Of a stretch of DNA of 64,000 nucleotides, positions 9,490 to 20,049 are shown piece by piece. The translations under genes and the position numbers were made by a program. Positions within the stretch are counted from its first letter, which is position 1, and every line of letters begins with the position of its first letter. The stretch is from assembly GCF_000007005.1 (NCBI RefSeq), contig NC_002754.1. One strand, given 5' to 3'. This stretch comes from Saccharolobus solfataricus P2. Lineage in GTDB: Archaea; Thermoproteota; Thermoprotei_A; Sulfolobales; Sulfolobaceae. The notes beneath the pieces are model-generated. The model had not been told where the DNA came from, did no database searches, and saw only the letters and a list, made by a program, of their open reading frames with translations.

Positions 9490-9770
9490 TCTGATAAAAG
9501 AGATTCATTAACGTTATATGCATAAATACTATCACTAACTTTTATCACTTTTATGTTATTATCGCTTATAGGTATTTCATAGGTTACACTATTATTATTT
9601 CCTTTTTCACCAAATATTATTGAGTTTTCATTAACCTCTCCGCAGTAGACCTTTGTTTGGGTGTCGCAAATTGCCACAAATACGAATTTTCCATTGTTAC
9701 AAATGCTTAGAAAGGATTGGCACTCTCTTTTATCTTTAGTTAAGGTGCCTAGTATTGCAGAATAATCCAT
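9486..9770 (-). CDS. Hypothetical protein
   Basis: 94-aa ORF with an ATG start, coupled to the next gene. Confidence 0.6.
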   Translation of the reverse strand: MDYSAILGTLTKDKRECQSFLSICNNGKFVFVAICDTQTKVYCGEVNENSIIFGEKGNNNSVTYEIPISDNNIKVIKVSDSIYAYNVNESLLSD

Positions 9771-9949
9771 AAATTAGTATTTTTAATAAGATTTAAAAAG
9801 CATTATCACTAATAATACCAGTAACAAACAATAAGTATAGATTGCTCTTATAGGACATAGTTAGTTTAATCTTGTGTATTACCGTTTAAATGTTTAATAG
9901 ATATTTTCTTAATAAACGTTTAAATTTATTAATGTCTATATTTACTGTG

Positions 9950-10564
9950 ATGAGGTTAGTTGTTTCTTGCATGGATAGGAGATTAAATTCCTATATCAAG
10001 AAAAAATACCAGGATGCAATAGTTCTTAGAAATGCTGGGGCTAACGTTAATTCACTCTTAATGTCACTAGAAAAGTTCAACAATAAAGTTGATGAAGTCA
10101 TTCTCTTGCCCCATACTGATTGTGGGGCAATGAAAGTCGTTTATTCCTCCTTAAAAGAAGGAAAGAAGATAACGTCGCTTGTCGAGGAGAAGTTAGTAAG
10201 TCAATTTAGCTCAAAGAAATTTAGTTCCCTTTCAGAATTAGAAAGATTAAATATGGAGATTCAAGAGGAAAATCTGAAAAGAATATTTGGAGATAAAGTA
10301 AGAGCTGAGTTAGTAGATGTGAACAAGATAGAAATACCTCCTTCTAATGATCCTTACATGGTTTATGTGACTGTTCCTTCTCAGTTAGTAAGGCTGAGTT
10401 CAAATATTTATCATATTTCAGCTGAGGATAAAGAAATCTGGGATAGTTTAGATATAGCGGTTTATGCTATGAATATAACTAAAATTATAAGCCAGAACGA
10501 CAAATTGGCTGAAAAGATAAGAAACATGTATCCTTCAGTTACCGTCTCTACTGCTTCTTTCTAA
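9950..10564 (+). CDS. Beta-carbonic-anhydrase-fold protein with C-terminal extension
   Basis: Zinc ligand motifs SCMDRR (CxDxR) and HTDCG (HxxC), plus RNAGA. The ORF track starts at 9890; ATG 9950 is preferred because a TTTAAA box lies about 25-30 bp upstream. Confidence 0.8.
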   Translation: MRLVVSCMDRRLNSYIKKKYQDAIVLRNAGANVNSLLMSLEKFNNKVDEVILLPHTDCGAMKVVYSSLKEGKKITSLVEEKLVSQFSSKKFSSLSELERLNMEIQEENLKRIFGDKVRAELVDVNKIEIPPSNDPYMVYVTVPSQLVRLSSNIYHISAEDKEIWDSLDIAVYAMNITKIISQNDKLAEKIRNMYPSVTVSTASF

Positions 10565-11108
10565 TGTAGTTAAAAGATTCTATTACTACTGAAGCAGGAT
10601 CCTCAAACGCCGATAACGATAAGTGAAAATCATCTACAAGTGAAGCGGAGTAAAGAATTGATTCAATTACTGCCTCTTTGGGTATATTAAGCTCCTCAGC
10701 CACTTGTGAAATTTCCTTTCCCTCATAAAGCTTATTTAGAACATCCACTACTTTCGTGCTAGAATTTTTTATTTTAGGATCATATTTACTACTATTATTG
10801 TCATCATCCTTATCTATGAAAGTGTAGTTTGTAGGTCCTAATTTTCTCTTTAATCGTCTAGGAACTTTTGGCTTAACTTTCTTATAATATTTTAATATTT
10901 TCATTACGTCGATGGCGTATTTTATGCACTCCCTAATTTGTTTAAAGTTTATTTGATTGTAAAACGCCTTTGAAACTTCATCAAATGTTTTATCTTTTGC
11001 AAGTTCATATAGTACGTTCTCTGGTCTAATTAACGTTCCCGCTATAAAAGGTCTCCCAAAATGGATATCCTTATATACTATGATATAATCATAACCTGGA
11101 AGCTCCAC
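10548..11108 (-). CDS. Tandem DUF433-domain protein
   Basis: Two repeats: IHFGRPFIAGTLIRPENVLYEL...IRECIKYA and DPKIKNSSTKVVDVLNKL...EAVIESILYS. Confidence 0.7.
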   Translation of the reverse strand: MELPGYDYIIVYKDIHFGRPFIAGTLIRPENVLYELAKDKTFDEVSKAFYNQINFKQIRECIKYAIDVMKILKYYKKVKPKVPRRLKRKLGPTNYTFIDKDDDNNSSKYDPKIKNSSTKVVDVLNKLYEGKEISQVAEELNIPKEAVIESILYSASLVDDFHLSLSAFEDPASVVIESFNYIRKKQ

Positions 11109-11145
11109 ATGAAATCTTTTGCTTTCTCGTTTATTAAGATTTATA

Positions 11146-12459
11146 TTATAGTATTGGGTATAATTTTAGAAATTCCTCGGTATGTTTTATAGCTTTATAA
11201 TAGTCATCTATCTTAATGTTTTCATTGGGTGCATGAGCATTTGAGTAATATCCTCCAGCACCTATTGCGCTAACTGCATCCCTTATCCCTAGCTTATACA
11301 CAAACAACCCCATGGGTTGAGTGCCGGCTGAATTAGGAATTACTTGTGGTTCAGTACCATATACTTTTTTAGCGGATTCTATCATTGCTTTGACTACTGT
11401 AGAGTTAACCGAAGTTCTAACAGGATATTCAAAGCCATGTGCTAATATCTCCCCATTGAAACCAGCCTTTTGAAGGTGTTTTTTCAGTAACTCGAAAACT
11501 TTATATGGATCTTGATTAGGTACTAGCCTAAAATCTAATTTTGCAAATGCTCTATGTGGTACGATAGTTTTGCTACCCTTTCCAGTATACCCGCATTCGA
11601 ACCCATCAACATTACATGTTGGGTAAGTTAGTAATGCCTCAGCAATCTTTTCCTTTTCATTATACTTTAATTCCTTAAACCCTAACGCCTTCTTTAATTC
11701 CTCTACATCGATATCGTATTTCTTTATTAGCTCTCTTTCCTCTTCTGTTAATTCTCTCACGTCATCATAAAACCCTTCAATTAACACTCTTCCTCCCATG
11801 TCTACCAATGTAGATATTATCTTAGCTAGATCTATGCATGGATTTCTGACTAATGGTGCATTAGAAGAGTGTAGATCTTTAGTTCCATAGTCAAGAACTA
11901 GTTCAACGTATAATAATCCTTTTACCCCTAGTACTATTTGTGGCCTTCCTTTGGGGTCTAAGCCAGCTCCCTCCATTATGACTGAGTCTGCCTTCAGTTT
12001 ATTTGTATTCTTTTCGATATAGTCCTCCAAATTCACACTACCTATTTCCTCTTCTCCCTCGTAAAGTAACTTCACGTTAACATTTAATTCGTTCTTATCT
12101 AGTAAGTGTTTAATAGCAAATAGTCTTGCCATTAATGTTCCTTTATTGTCAGAGGCTCCCCTAGCGTAAATTCTATCATTTTCAATTGTTGCTGAAAAGG
12201 GCGCTCTTTTCCACTCACTTATTGGATCCACCGGTTGGACATCATAATGGTTGTAAATAAGTAGTGTCTTTTTGGCATTAACGTTAATTTCAGCGTATAC
12301 TACGGGATGACCTTTAGTCTTCTCAAGATTCGCCTTTACACCTAATAACTTCTCAACAGTTTCCTTAAGATAGTTTGCTGTTTCATCTATTCCCTCTCCA
12401 GTTGCAGATATGGAGGGTTTCTTTAGAAATTCAATTAAAGTATAAAGTTCCTCGTCCAC
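11146..12459 (-). CDS. M20/M25/M40-family metallopeptidase/deacylase
   Basis: Motifs HYDVQP, ARGASDNKG, EGEEEIGS and AHAPNENI. Confidence 0.9.
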   Translation of the reverse strand: MDEELYTLIEFLKKPSISATGEGIDETANYLKETVEKLLGVKANLEKTKGHPVVYAEINVNAKKTLLIYNHYDVQPVDPISEWKRAPFSATIENDRIYARGASDNKGTLMARLFAIKHLLDKNELNVNVKLLYEGEEEIGSVNLEDYIEKNTNKLKADSVIMEGAGLDPKGRPQIVLGVKGLLYVELVLDYGTKDLHSSNAPLVRNPCIDLAKIISTLVDMGGRVLIEGFYDDVRELTEEERELIKKYDIDVEELKKALGFKELKYNEKEKIAEALLTYPTCNVDGFECGYTGKGSKTIVPHRAFAKLDFRLVPNQDPYKVFELLKKHLQKAGFNGEILAHGFEYPVRTSVNSTVVKAMIESAKKVYGTEPQVIPNSAGTQPMGLFVYKLGIRDAVSAIGAGGYYSNAHAPNENIKIDDYYKAIKHTEEFLKLYPIL

Positions 12460-12588
12460 TATAAACTAATATATTCTGCCTTTTTAAGTGTGTTGGTTAG
12501 AATTTTGAAATGGTTAGTCATAAAGTTTTTATAATTATATTTATTGGCATATATATAACTTTATAAACCAGCTCTGCTACTATATAAT

Positions 12589-14097
12589 ATGGTTCTAAGA
12601 ACTGGGGAAGAGTACGTTAATGCAATTAGGCATAGAAATAAGGTTGAAATTTACGTTATGGGGAAGGAAGTAAAGGATGTAACAGAGCATCCTTTCTTAA
12701 AGCCTTCAGTACTTGCATTTAAAGCAACTTATGATGCAGCCCATGAAGAGGATAGTGAATCTTTAGCTAGAGCATGGAGTTCCTTCATTAATGAAGAGGT
12801 AAATAGATTCACCCATATCCATAGATCTCCAGAGGATTTGGCAGCTAAGGTTAAACTTCTGAGAAAGATCAGTCATAAAACGGGAGCGTGTTTCCAAAGG
12901 TGTGTAGGGTGGGACGCTCTAAATGCAATATACGTTACCTCTAGACTAATGGCGGAAAGGGGTAAAAAGGAGTATTATGAGAGATTTGTGGAATATTTGA
13001 AATATGTACAAAAGAATGATGTAGCGTTAGCTGGAGCCATGACCGATGTTAAAGGTATAAGAACGTTGAGACCTCATGAGCAACCTCATGCTTATTTAAG
13101 AGTAACCCAGGTTACTAAAGACGGTATTTACGTTTCTGGTGCTAAGGCGAATATAACTGGAATAGGAGCTGCTGAAGAAATTGTGGTTATGCCAACTAGA
13201 GCGATGAGTGAGAAAGATATGGATTTTGCGGTAGCTTTTTCTATACCATTAGATACTGAGGGTATTAAAGTTATAATAGGAAGGCAAGTTAATGATGGGA
13301 GAAGGTTAGAAGAAGGGGAGATAGATGGATTACCCTACCGTACCAATCATGAGGGCTTGGTAATATTTGATAACGTCTTCGTTCCAATGGAAAGAGTGTT
13401 TATGTTAGGGGATTGGCAGATGAGCGGAATCCTAGTTGAAATTTTCAGCTCTTATCATAGGCAAGGTTATGGAGGTTGTAAGTCGGGATTGGGGGATGTG
13501 ATAATTGGTGCAGCATATAATTTAGCTAAGCAAATTGGAGTCGAAAAAGCTCCACATATTCAGAATAAGCTAAATGAAATGGTTTTATTGAATGAGAACA
13601 TGTATGGAAGTGGCATTGCTGCCAGTCTAGATGCAGTTAAGTTATGTGAAGATGGCTGCTGGTGGGTTAATCCCATGTTTGCAAACGTTACTAAGCAATT
13701 AGTCACGAGATTTCCTTATGAAATTACTAAGTTTTCAACTGATATTGCAGGAGGTATAATAGGTACTGCTCCAAGTGAGTGGGATTTGAAAAACCCTAAA
13801 CTTAAACCATATATTGAGAAGTACCTACAAGGTATGATGGACTATAGTACGGAAGATAGGCTAAGAATGGTAAGATTATTAGAAAATGTAGGCTTTAGTG
13901 TGGCGTTTCTAATTGAATCGGTTCATGGAGCAGGTAGCCCAGAAGCTCAGAGAATTGCCATAAATAGGGTCTACGACTATGAATATGCTGAGAAGATTGC
14001 TAAATACTTGTCGCAAATAGAGAAGAGAATTGACTTTAAAGAAAATGCAGAGCCTTGGAGGAAGACAGACACGGAGAAGATAGCTAGTAGTGGCTGA
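12589..14097 (+). CDS. abfD: 4-hydroxybutyryl-CoA dehydratase (HpaB/AbfD family)
   Basis: Fe-S and catalytic motifs [22 protein letters not shown] and ESVHGAGSP are retained. Confidence 0.85.
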   Translation: MVLRTGEEYVNAIRHRNKVEIYVMGKEVKDVTEHPFLKPSVLAFKATYDAAHEEDSESLARAWSSFINEEVNRFTHIHRSPEDLAAKVKLLRKISHKTGACFQRCVGWDALNAIYVTSRLMAERGKKEYYERFVEYLKYVQKNDVALAGAMTDVKGIRTLRPHEQPHAYLRVTQVTKDGIYVSGAKANITGIGAAEEIVVMPTRAMSEKDMDFAVAFSIPLDTEGIKVIIGRQVNDGRRLEEGEIDGLPYRTNHEGLVIFDNVFVPMERVFMLGDWQMSGILVEIFSSYHRQGYGGCKSGLGDVIIGAAYNLAKQIGVEKAPHIQNKLNEMVLLNENMYGSGIAASLDAVKLCEDGCWWVNPMFANVTKQLVTRFPYEITKFSTDIAGGIIGTAPSEWDLKNPKLKPYIEKYLQGMMDYSTEDRLRMVRLLENVGFSVAFLIESVHGAGSPEAQRIAINRVYDYEYAEKIAKYLSQIEKRIDFKENAEPWRKTDTEKIASSG

Positions 14098-14348
14098 ATC
14101 CTTTTTCATGTTAATAGAGATCTTTTTATTTCCATTTTTCTTATTATTTTTTAGTGATTCCAATCCAATAGAGGCGATGCACGAAGGGTTGGTTGATGTT
14201 AAGCAGAGATCTGAGTCCAGTGCAGTTAGGTTTGAAAGAGTCTCATGACTCACCTTTAGGGCTAAGTCCCTATACTCGATTGAACATAAAATGATTGGAA
14301 TGAAAGTGAAGGGACAAACTGATCAAAAATAAATAAGTAAAAACGTTT

Positions 14349-15101
14349 TTATGCTATATTTATGTACGCATACATAAGGTCTCTTTCAGTAACTATTCCT
14401 ACCAATTTTTGATTTTCCATAACTAGTAGTGTACCTATTCTCTTTTCTATCATTAATTTAGCCGCATTCAGTATACTATAATATCTGTTTATAGTTATTG
14501 GATTTTTAGTTCCAGCATCTAGAACTTTTCCTATATTTTTATTTTTAGCTAGATATTTGACTATATCAGCTGCAGTAATTATACCAACGAGCCTGTTATC
14601 TTTGCTAAACACTGGCAGTCTCCTCACGTTATTCATCACCATTAGTTTGGCAGCATCCATTATTGTGTTCTCCTCACCTATGGATATTATGTTACTTGAC
14701 ATTACGGAATCTACTAATCCAGAGAACATTGAGGACGCTATCAGTTTCAAAATCTCTCTTTCGGTAAAAATACCCACGATAACGTTATTATCAACTACTG
14801 GAATTCCTCCAATATTGTTCATTAACATTATCCTAACTACATGATTGACATCATCATTAGGCGAGACAATAACTAAATCTTTACTCATTATATCCTTTAC
14901 CTTTAAATCATATATATTAGTCCCATATTCGCTGAAAGAAGCAACAACATCCCTAGTAGAAACAATTCCAATAGGCTTTTCCTCCTTTAAAACAACAATT
15001 CTACCAGATGGATTATTGGAAAGTATATCGATAGCCTCCTTTAAGGAGGATTCTGGGAAAATAGTTATTACAATAGGGTTAGCTATATCAATCACTTTCA
15101 T
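14349..15101 (-). CDS. CBS-domain protein (four CBS repeats)
   Basis: Repeated motifs IGIVSTRDV, VGIFTEREI, VGIITAADI and VGIVTERDL. Confidence 0.9.
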   Translation of the reverse strand: MKVIDIANPIVITIFPESSLKEAIDILSNNPSGRIVVLKEEKPIGIVSTRDVVASFSEYGTNIYDLKVKDIMSKDLVIVSPNDDVNHVVRIMLMNNIGGIPVVDNNVIVGIFTEREILKLIASSMFSGLVDSVMSSNIISIGEENTIMDAAKLMVMNNVRRLPVFSKDNRLVGIITAADIVKYLAKNKNIGKVLDAGTKNPITINRYYSILNAAKLMIEKRIGTLLVMENQKLVGIVTERDLMYAYINIA

Positions 15102-15134
15102 ATGTAATATATTGTCATGATAGTTAAAAAACTT

Positions 15135-15668
15135 TCAAATAACAACTCTTGTGCTTTTCCCTACCTTCTCCACATTTCTCAATAATTCCCTATAATCGCT
15201 TACAAAGGTAAAATTGTGCAATTTCATGTTTATCTCATAATAACCCTCTCTATCCTTAGCCTTGATCATCAGCCTATCGTTCCTATAACTTACACTATAG
15301 TAGAGTGAGCTTGAGGACAACGTTACTTCACTATCCCCATATTTTGAAATTGGGTTTTCTACTAAAATAATAGATCTTATTTCAAAAAGTGTTTTCGATA
15401 ATATTAGTTCCACAAAGCCTTCGATGTCCTCCTTTTCAGAAACGAATATTGCTATGGAACTAGTAGCTGAGAGAAACGGATCATTTCTCAACGCGTAATC
15501 CAAATTCTCGAATAAGTGAATGCTATTTAAGCCGTCTAATGGGAAGTTCCACAACTCCTCATAACTAGCCATATAAGGTCTTCCATTAACTATAGCCCTT
15601 ATTTTGAAATTATATGATGAGCATACAACATTAGCTGGTATCCTTTTCCTATCGTCAAGACAGTACAT
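15135..15668 (-). CDS. Hypothetical protein
   Basis: 177-aa ORF with an ATG start and no recognised motif. Confidence 0.65.
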   Translation of the reverse strand: MYCLDDRKRIPANVVCSSYNFKIRAIVNGRPYMASYEELWNFPLDGLNSIHLFENLDYALRNDPFLSATSSIAIFVSEKEDIEGFVELILSKTLFEIRSIILVENPISKYGDSEVTLSSSSLYYSVSYRNDRLMIKAKDREGYYEINMKLHNFTFVSDYRELLRNVEKVGKSTRVVI

Positions 15669-15775
15669 CTTTAATCATAATATTTCTTATCTACTTATAT
15701 CTTAAATAATGATTATAGTCTAGTTGCCTTATTTAGATAATGACTTATATAGCTGTTTAACCTTTCTTGTTAGTT

Positions 15776-17512
15776 ATGAAAACACTTGGATTCATCTCAA
15801 ATCAGATAACATCAGCCCTAATTGATTTATCTTCAATTGTTTGGTTTCCAGTTCCTAAGTTCGACTCCCCGTCAGTGTTCACTAGGTTGTTAGATGAAGA
15901 TGGAGGAGAGTTTTCTATATTACCAGAAGGACAAGAAATAATAGCTGTTAAACAAGAATATGTTTATCCATTAGTATTAATGACTGCCATACGTACTAAA
16001 CAAGGCGAAATAAGTATTACTGATCTCATACCATTGGGTGAAACAGTAATTATAAGAAAGGTTGAATCGGAAATTCCTTTTAAGGTCGTGTTTAAACCTA
16101 GATTCTATTATTCTCTATACAAGCCCATAATCGATGGTAATAGATTTGTAAATCCAAGAGGAAGGGATTGTATGGCGTTTCTTTACGACTTTTCGGGCGA
16201 GGTCAAAAGATCTGGAAATTATGTTTGGAATTTTAGTAATGGGAAAGGATATTTAATAGCCAACTATGCCTCTGACGTTAAACATGGGGTTTTCAGTGAA
16301 AGGGGTTCAACGTTAAATGCCATATATGAAAGATCGTTTGAAAATACGATAAACTATTGGAAAAGTATTGATGTGAAAGACGCTAAATCATTTAATGACC
16401 TTTATAAGGCATCCATATATACAATGCTAGGCTCTATTTATGCGCCTTCTGGAGGAGTAATTGCAGCTCCTACAACTTCTTTACCAGAAGTTGAAGGTGG
16501 AAAGAGAAATTGGGATTATAGATTTGCATGGGTAAGAGATTCTTCGATCATAGCTGAAGCCTTGTTAGAAGCTGGATCCATTGTAGAAGCTAGAAGAATA
16601 ATAAACTTCTTACTTTCGCTCATAAATTTCTCGTCAAAGCCATTTTACTATCCCCTATATACGATAGAGGGCACAATTCCTCCCCCTGAGAGGGAATTAC
16701 GATGGCTATCTGGATACAAGAACTCTAAACCAGTAAGAATAGGAAACGGAGCTTCTTCTCAGATTCAATTAGATATTGAAGGATTTTTCATTTCGGCTCT
16801 TTATAAATATGTAAAGATGACTAATGATCAAGTGTTTCTGAAAGACGTTTTTAGTAAAGTGAAGTACATTGGGGATTGGATATCAGAGAATTGGAGCTTA
16901 AAAGATTCTGGTATTTGGGAGGATAGGGGGAGTCCTCAACACTATACTCACTCTAAAATTATGATGTGGATAGCACTAGATAAAATAGGGAAACTAGCAA
17001 ACTTAATCGGATATGCGGACATTTGGGCTAAAGAGAGGGAAAAGCTTAGAAACTGGATATTCACTAACTGTGTAAAGAACAATTATTTTATCAGATATTG
17101 TGGGAATACTGATGACGTAGATTCATCATTATTATCAGCACCATTGTATGGGTTCATTGAAGTTAGTGATAGTACATTTATTAATACACTAACGAAAATC
17201 GAAAACGATCTAAAAACCGACGTATTTGTGAAAAGATACAAAACTGATTTCATGGGAGAAGCTAAACACCCATTTTTGTTGACTACAGTGTGGCTTGCTA
17301 GAGTTTATATGAGATTAGGAAAAATAGATAGTGCTATAGAAATCTTGAATAAGATCAATAAGGTTTCAAGAGAACTACATTTAGTAGGTGAACACGTTGA
17401 TGTGGAAAAAGGGGAGTTTACGGGTAACTTTCCTCAGATTTTTGTTCATGCGCAATTGGTAATTGCAATAAAAGAGCTTAACGACACGTTAACTGATAAA
17501 AATATTATATAG
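15776..17512 (+). CDS. Glycoside hydrolase family 15 (trehalase/glucoamylase-like)
   Basis: Motifs AAPTTSLPE, RNWDYRFAWVRD, SGIWEDRG, GEHVD and GNFPQ. The ORF track starts at 15767 (TTG); ATG 15776 is preferred. Confidence 0.9.
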   Translation: MKTLGFISNQITSALIDLSSIVWFPVPKFDSPSVFTRLLDEDGGEFSILPEGQEIIAVKQEYVYPLVLMTAIRTKQGEISITDLIPLGETVIIRKVESEIPFKVVFKPRFYYSLYKPIIDGNRFVNPRGRDCMAFLYDFSGEVKRSGNYVWNFSNGKGYLIANYASDVKHGVFSERGSTLNAIYERSFENTINYWKSIDVKDAKSFNDLYKASIYTMLGSIYAPSGGVIAAPTTSLPEVEGGKRNWDYRFAWVRDSSIIAEALLEAGSIVEARRIINFLLSLINFSSKPFYYPLYTIEGTIPPPERELRWLSGYKNSKPVRIGNGASSQIQLDIEGFFISALYKYVKMTNDQVFLKDVFSKVKYIGDWISENWSLKDSGIWEDRGSPQHYTHSKIMMWIALDKIGKLANLIGYADIWAKEREKLRNWIFTNCVKNNYFIRYCGNTDDVDSSLLSAPLYGFIEVSDSTFINTLTKIENDLKTDVFVKRYKTDFMGEAKHPFLLTTVWLARVYMRLGKIDSAIEILNKINKVSRELHLVGEHVDVEKGEFTGNFPQIFVHAQLVIAIKELNDTLTDKNII

Positions 17513-17534
17513 ATAAGAGAGTAAGATTAAATTA

Positions 17535-18728
17535 GTGATAAGGCCAGAGTTATGCATAAGATGTAGAGGGGCAAAGTATCTTTGCGGTCTTTCATACTGT
17601 CCAATCATAGTTAATACTAAAACGGTAAGAGTAAATTTCAAGGAGGTATATGGTTCTTCCCCACCATCCGTCTTTGTAGGTAGATTTAGTTATCCCAAAA
17701 TTACAGTTTATCCCTCTGCCCCACCAATTTTAGGGGATACGAGTAAGTTTGAAGATTCCAAATATTGGCTCAATGCTGACTTAAGTGAGTTCTTATCAAT
17801 GAGGCTTTCCTTAGTGAGAGGTGGTGTCAAATATCACAAAGATGATGCAAGACTACCAGATAGGTTTTTACTAGATATTCAGAGTATAACAATATCATCG
17901 AGACCAGTTGAATTGGATTTAAGGCTGAAGAGAATACCTTCTGGAGGTATTTTAGATGAAAGTCTGCCACCTCTAGGTCCTTCAGCACCATTGGAAAAGC
18001 TTGAGATAGCCACATTGCCTCCTCCCTTAGCAGTAGTAGAGAAGGTTTATGTTGATAACGATATGAGGGCAAAAGATGGTATAATGAAATTATATAATGC
18101 AGGGATTGACGTAGAAAAAATATCCAGGATATTAAGTATTGGTGGAATTGGAAAGGAAAGAAAATTAGTACCTACTAGATGGAGTATAACAGCAGTGGAT
18201 AAGGCTATTTCCGATACTCTAATTGAGAATATAAAGAATTATGACACGATAGACAAGGTTGAAGTTTATTTCAGAAAATATAATAAGAATCTTTTCATCG
18301 CAATTCTTCTTCCTAGAGATTGGAGCTTTGAATGGGGAGAAGCCTGGTATCCTGGAAGTACCTGGAATAAGTTTGGCAACTATGTTGATATAGAAGTGGA
18401 TAACGAAAGGTATCATGGTAGATCTGATTATCCAGAAATAGGCGGTTGTTATTATGCTTCTAGATTAGGTGTGACGGAATTCTTGGCAAGCAGAAAGAGA
18501 CAAGCCACTGCAATATTATGGAGGGAGATATATGAAGGATTTAACTTGCCAGTAGGTGTTTGGTTTGTTAGGGAAAACGTTAAGGAAATGTTTAAAGGTA
18601 AGCCAGTAGTATTTGACGACATAAGTACTGCCTTAAATTTCGTTAAAAGATTATTAAGATCTGATTTAAAGCAGTGGTTAAGTAAGTCATTACTCTCCTT
18701 TAATACCATTGATAAGTGGTTAAAATGA
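17535..18728 (+). CDS. nreA: Nre-family DNA repair protein
   Basis: N-terminal CIRCRG...CGLSYCP zinc motif, GSSPPSVFVG, LVPTRWSITAVD, GGCYYASRL and a C-terminal PIP-box-like TIDKWLK. Confidence 0.85.
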   Translation: MIRPELCIRCRGAKYLCGLSYCPIIVNTKTVRVNFKEVYGSSPPSVFVGRFSYPKITVYPSAPPILGDTSKFEDSKYWLNADLSEFLSMRLSLVRGGVKYHKDDARLPDRFLLDIQSITISSRPVELDLRLKRIPSGGILDESLPPLGPSAPLEKLEIATLPPPLAVVEKVYVDNDMRAKDGIMKLYNAGIDVEKISRILSIGGIGKERKLVPTRWSITAVDKAISDTLIENIKNYDTIDKVEVYFRKYNKNLFIAILLPRDWSFEWGEAWYPGSTWNKFGNYVDIEVDNERYHGRSDYPEIGGCYYASRLGVTEFLASRKRQATAILWREIYEGFNLPVGVWFVRENVKEMFKGKPVVFDDISTALNFVKRLLRSDLKQWLSKSLLSFNTIDKWLK

Positions 18729-19501
18729 TTGTAAAGTCCATTAGGGTGAAATCTGCTTTAAGTAAATCTGGATTGAAAGAGTTAAACTATAGTCTAAATC
18801 CTTATTTAGGTTGTGTATTTTCTTGCCCCTATTGTTATGCCCCCAATTTCACTCCAGATAGGGAGGCTTCAGAAAATTGGGGGAAAGTTGTAGCCGTTAA
18901 GGAGAACTTGCTTGAGGTTTTAGAGAGAGAAGTGAAAATCTATAAGAGGGGAGTAGTTGGGATATCTACAATAACTGATGCTTATCAACCGATAGAGGCT
19001 TTAAGAAAGCTTACTAGGGAAAGCCTAAAGATATTATTAAAGAATGGTTTCAGAGTTTCAATTCAGACTAAGTCACCCTTAGTTTTAAGGGATATTGACG
19101 TACTCTTAGAATACAAGGATAGAGTTGATGTTGGATTTACAGTTACTAGTTTAAATAATAAGTTAGAACCTAACGCACCTCCAGCTAAAGGTAGATTAAG
19201 AGCCTTAGAGGAACTCAGTAATGAAGGGCTGGAAACTTGGATTTTCCTAGGACCTATTATTCAAGGTGTAAATGATACTGAGGTAGAGAATATAATTCGT
19301 GAAATTTCAAATATCAAAGCAAGGGTAATTTTCGATAGTTTTCATTACTATAGGGGGTTAAAATTTAAGGAGGGTTCTATACATTGGTGGGTTAATTTGA
19401 AGAATAAAATATTAGAGAATTGTAAGAGGTACAGTATAGAGTGCCATGAACAAAGTGAGGACTGGATTTATGAAAAAAAGAGATATTATAAAACCTTTTA
19501 G
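18725..19501 (+). CDS. Radical SAM protein, spore photoproduct lyase-like family
   Basis: LNPYLGCVFSCPYCYA (CxxxCxxC), STITDAYQPIE and IQTKS. ATGA overlap with the nre stop. Confidence 0.88.
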   Translation: MIVKSIRVKSALSKSGLKELNYSLNPYLGCVFSCPYCYAPNFTPDREASENWGKVVAVKENLLEVLEREVKIYKRGVVGISTITDAYQPIEALRKLTRESLKILLKNGFRVSIQTKSPLVLRDIDVLLEYKDRVDVGFTVTSLNNKLEPNAPPAKGRLRALEELSNEGLETWIFLGPIIQGVNDTEVENIIREISNIKARVIFDSFHYYRGLKFKEGSIHWWVNLKNKILENCKRYSIECHEQSEDWIYEKKRYYKTF

Positions 19502-19503
19502 CC

Positions 19504-19842
19504 TTATATTCCGGCTACTTCTCTTAATGTTTTGAATATTTGATTGAAATCTGCCTCAGCAAGTTTAACAAACACTCCATAATTTCCCATTACGCATACT
19601 GCATACTCTCCTGCAGCTACAGCCCACCCTAAAAACGGAGTCCATCTCATTCCAGAAATTTTCGTGAAAGACTCTGCTTCCACAGTTCCCATTAAAGTGT
19701 TAGCTGCCACCATCTTTGCTACCATCTCAGCAATCTCTTTAGACATCGGTCCCTTATACTCTACAAGTTTCCCATCCGGTGTATATTGTCCAGCTGCTAT
19801 TGCTCCTTTTAATTGCATTAGTTTATCGAGCTTTTCACTCAT
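19504..19842 (-). CDS. DUF2173-like (roadblock-related) protein
   Basis: 112 aa with GAIAAGQYTPDGKLVEYKG and GWAVAAGEYAVCVMGNYGVFV. Confidence 0.7.
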   Translation of the reverse strand: MSEKLDKLMQLKGAIAAGQYTPDGKLVEYKGPMSKEIAEMVAKMVAANTLMGTVEAESFTKISGMRWTPFLGWAVAAGEYAVCVMGNYGVFVKLAEADFNQIFKTLREVAGI

Positions 19843-20049
19843 TTTTTATACCTCTACTAAATATTAGATAAATCATTTTAATAAATTTTATGATTAAACA
19901 TTATAAAAAATCATAATATATCAAGTTTTATCTTATTTATTTTCTCTAGGGTTTAACTAAATAGCATATGAAGTCGTCCTAAAAGTCACATCGATAAAAT
20001 ATCATAAAGTTTAAATATTAGTTTATTTTTACTAAAAATTAAGATAAAA

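Noticed and set aside
13909-14253. 114-aa minus-strand ORF overlapping the abfD 3' end
   Set aside because: It has a large antisense overlap, low complexity and no motif.
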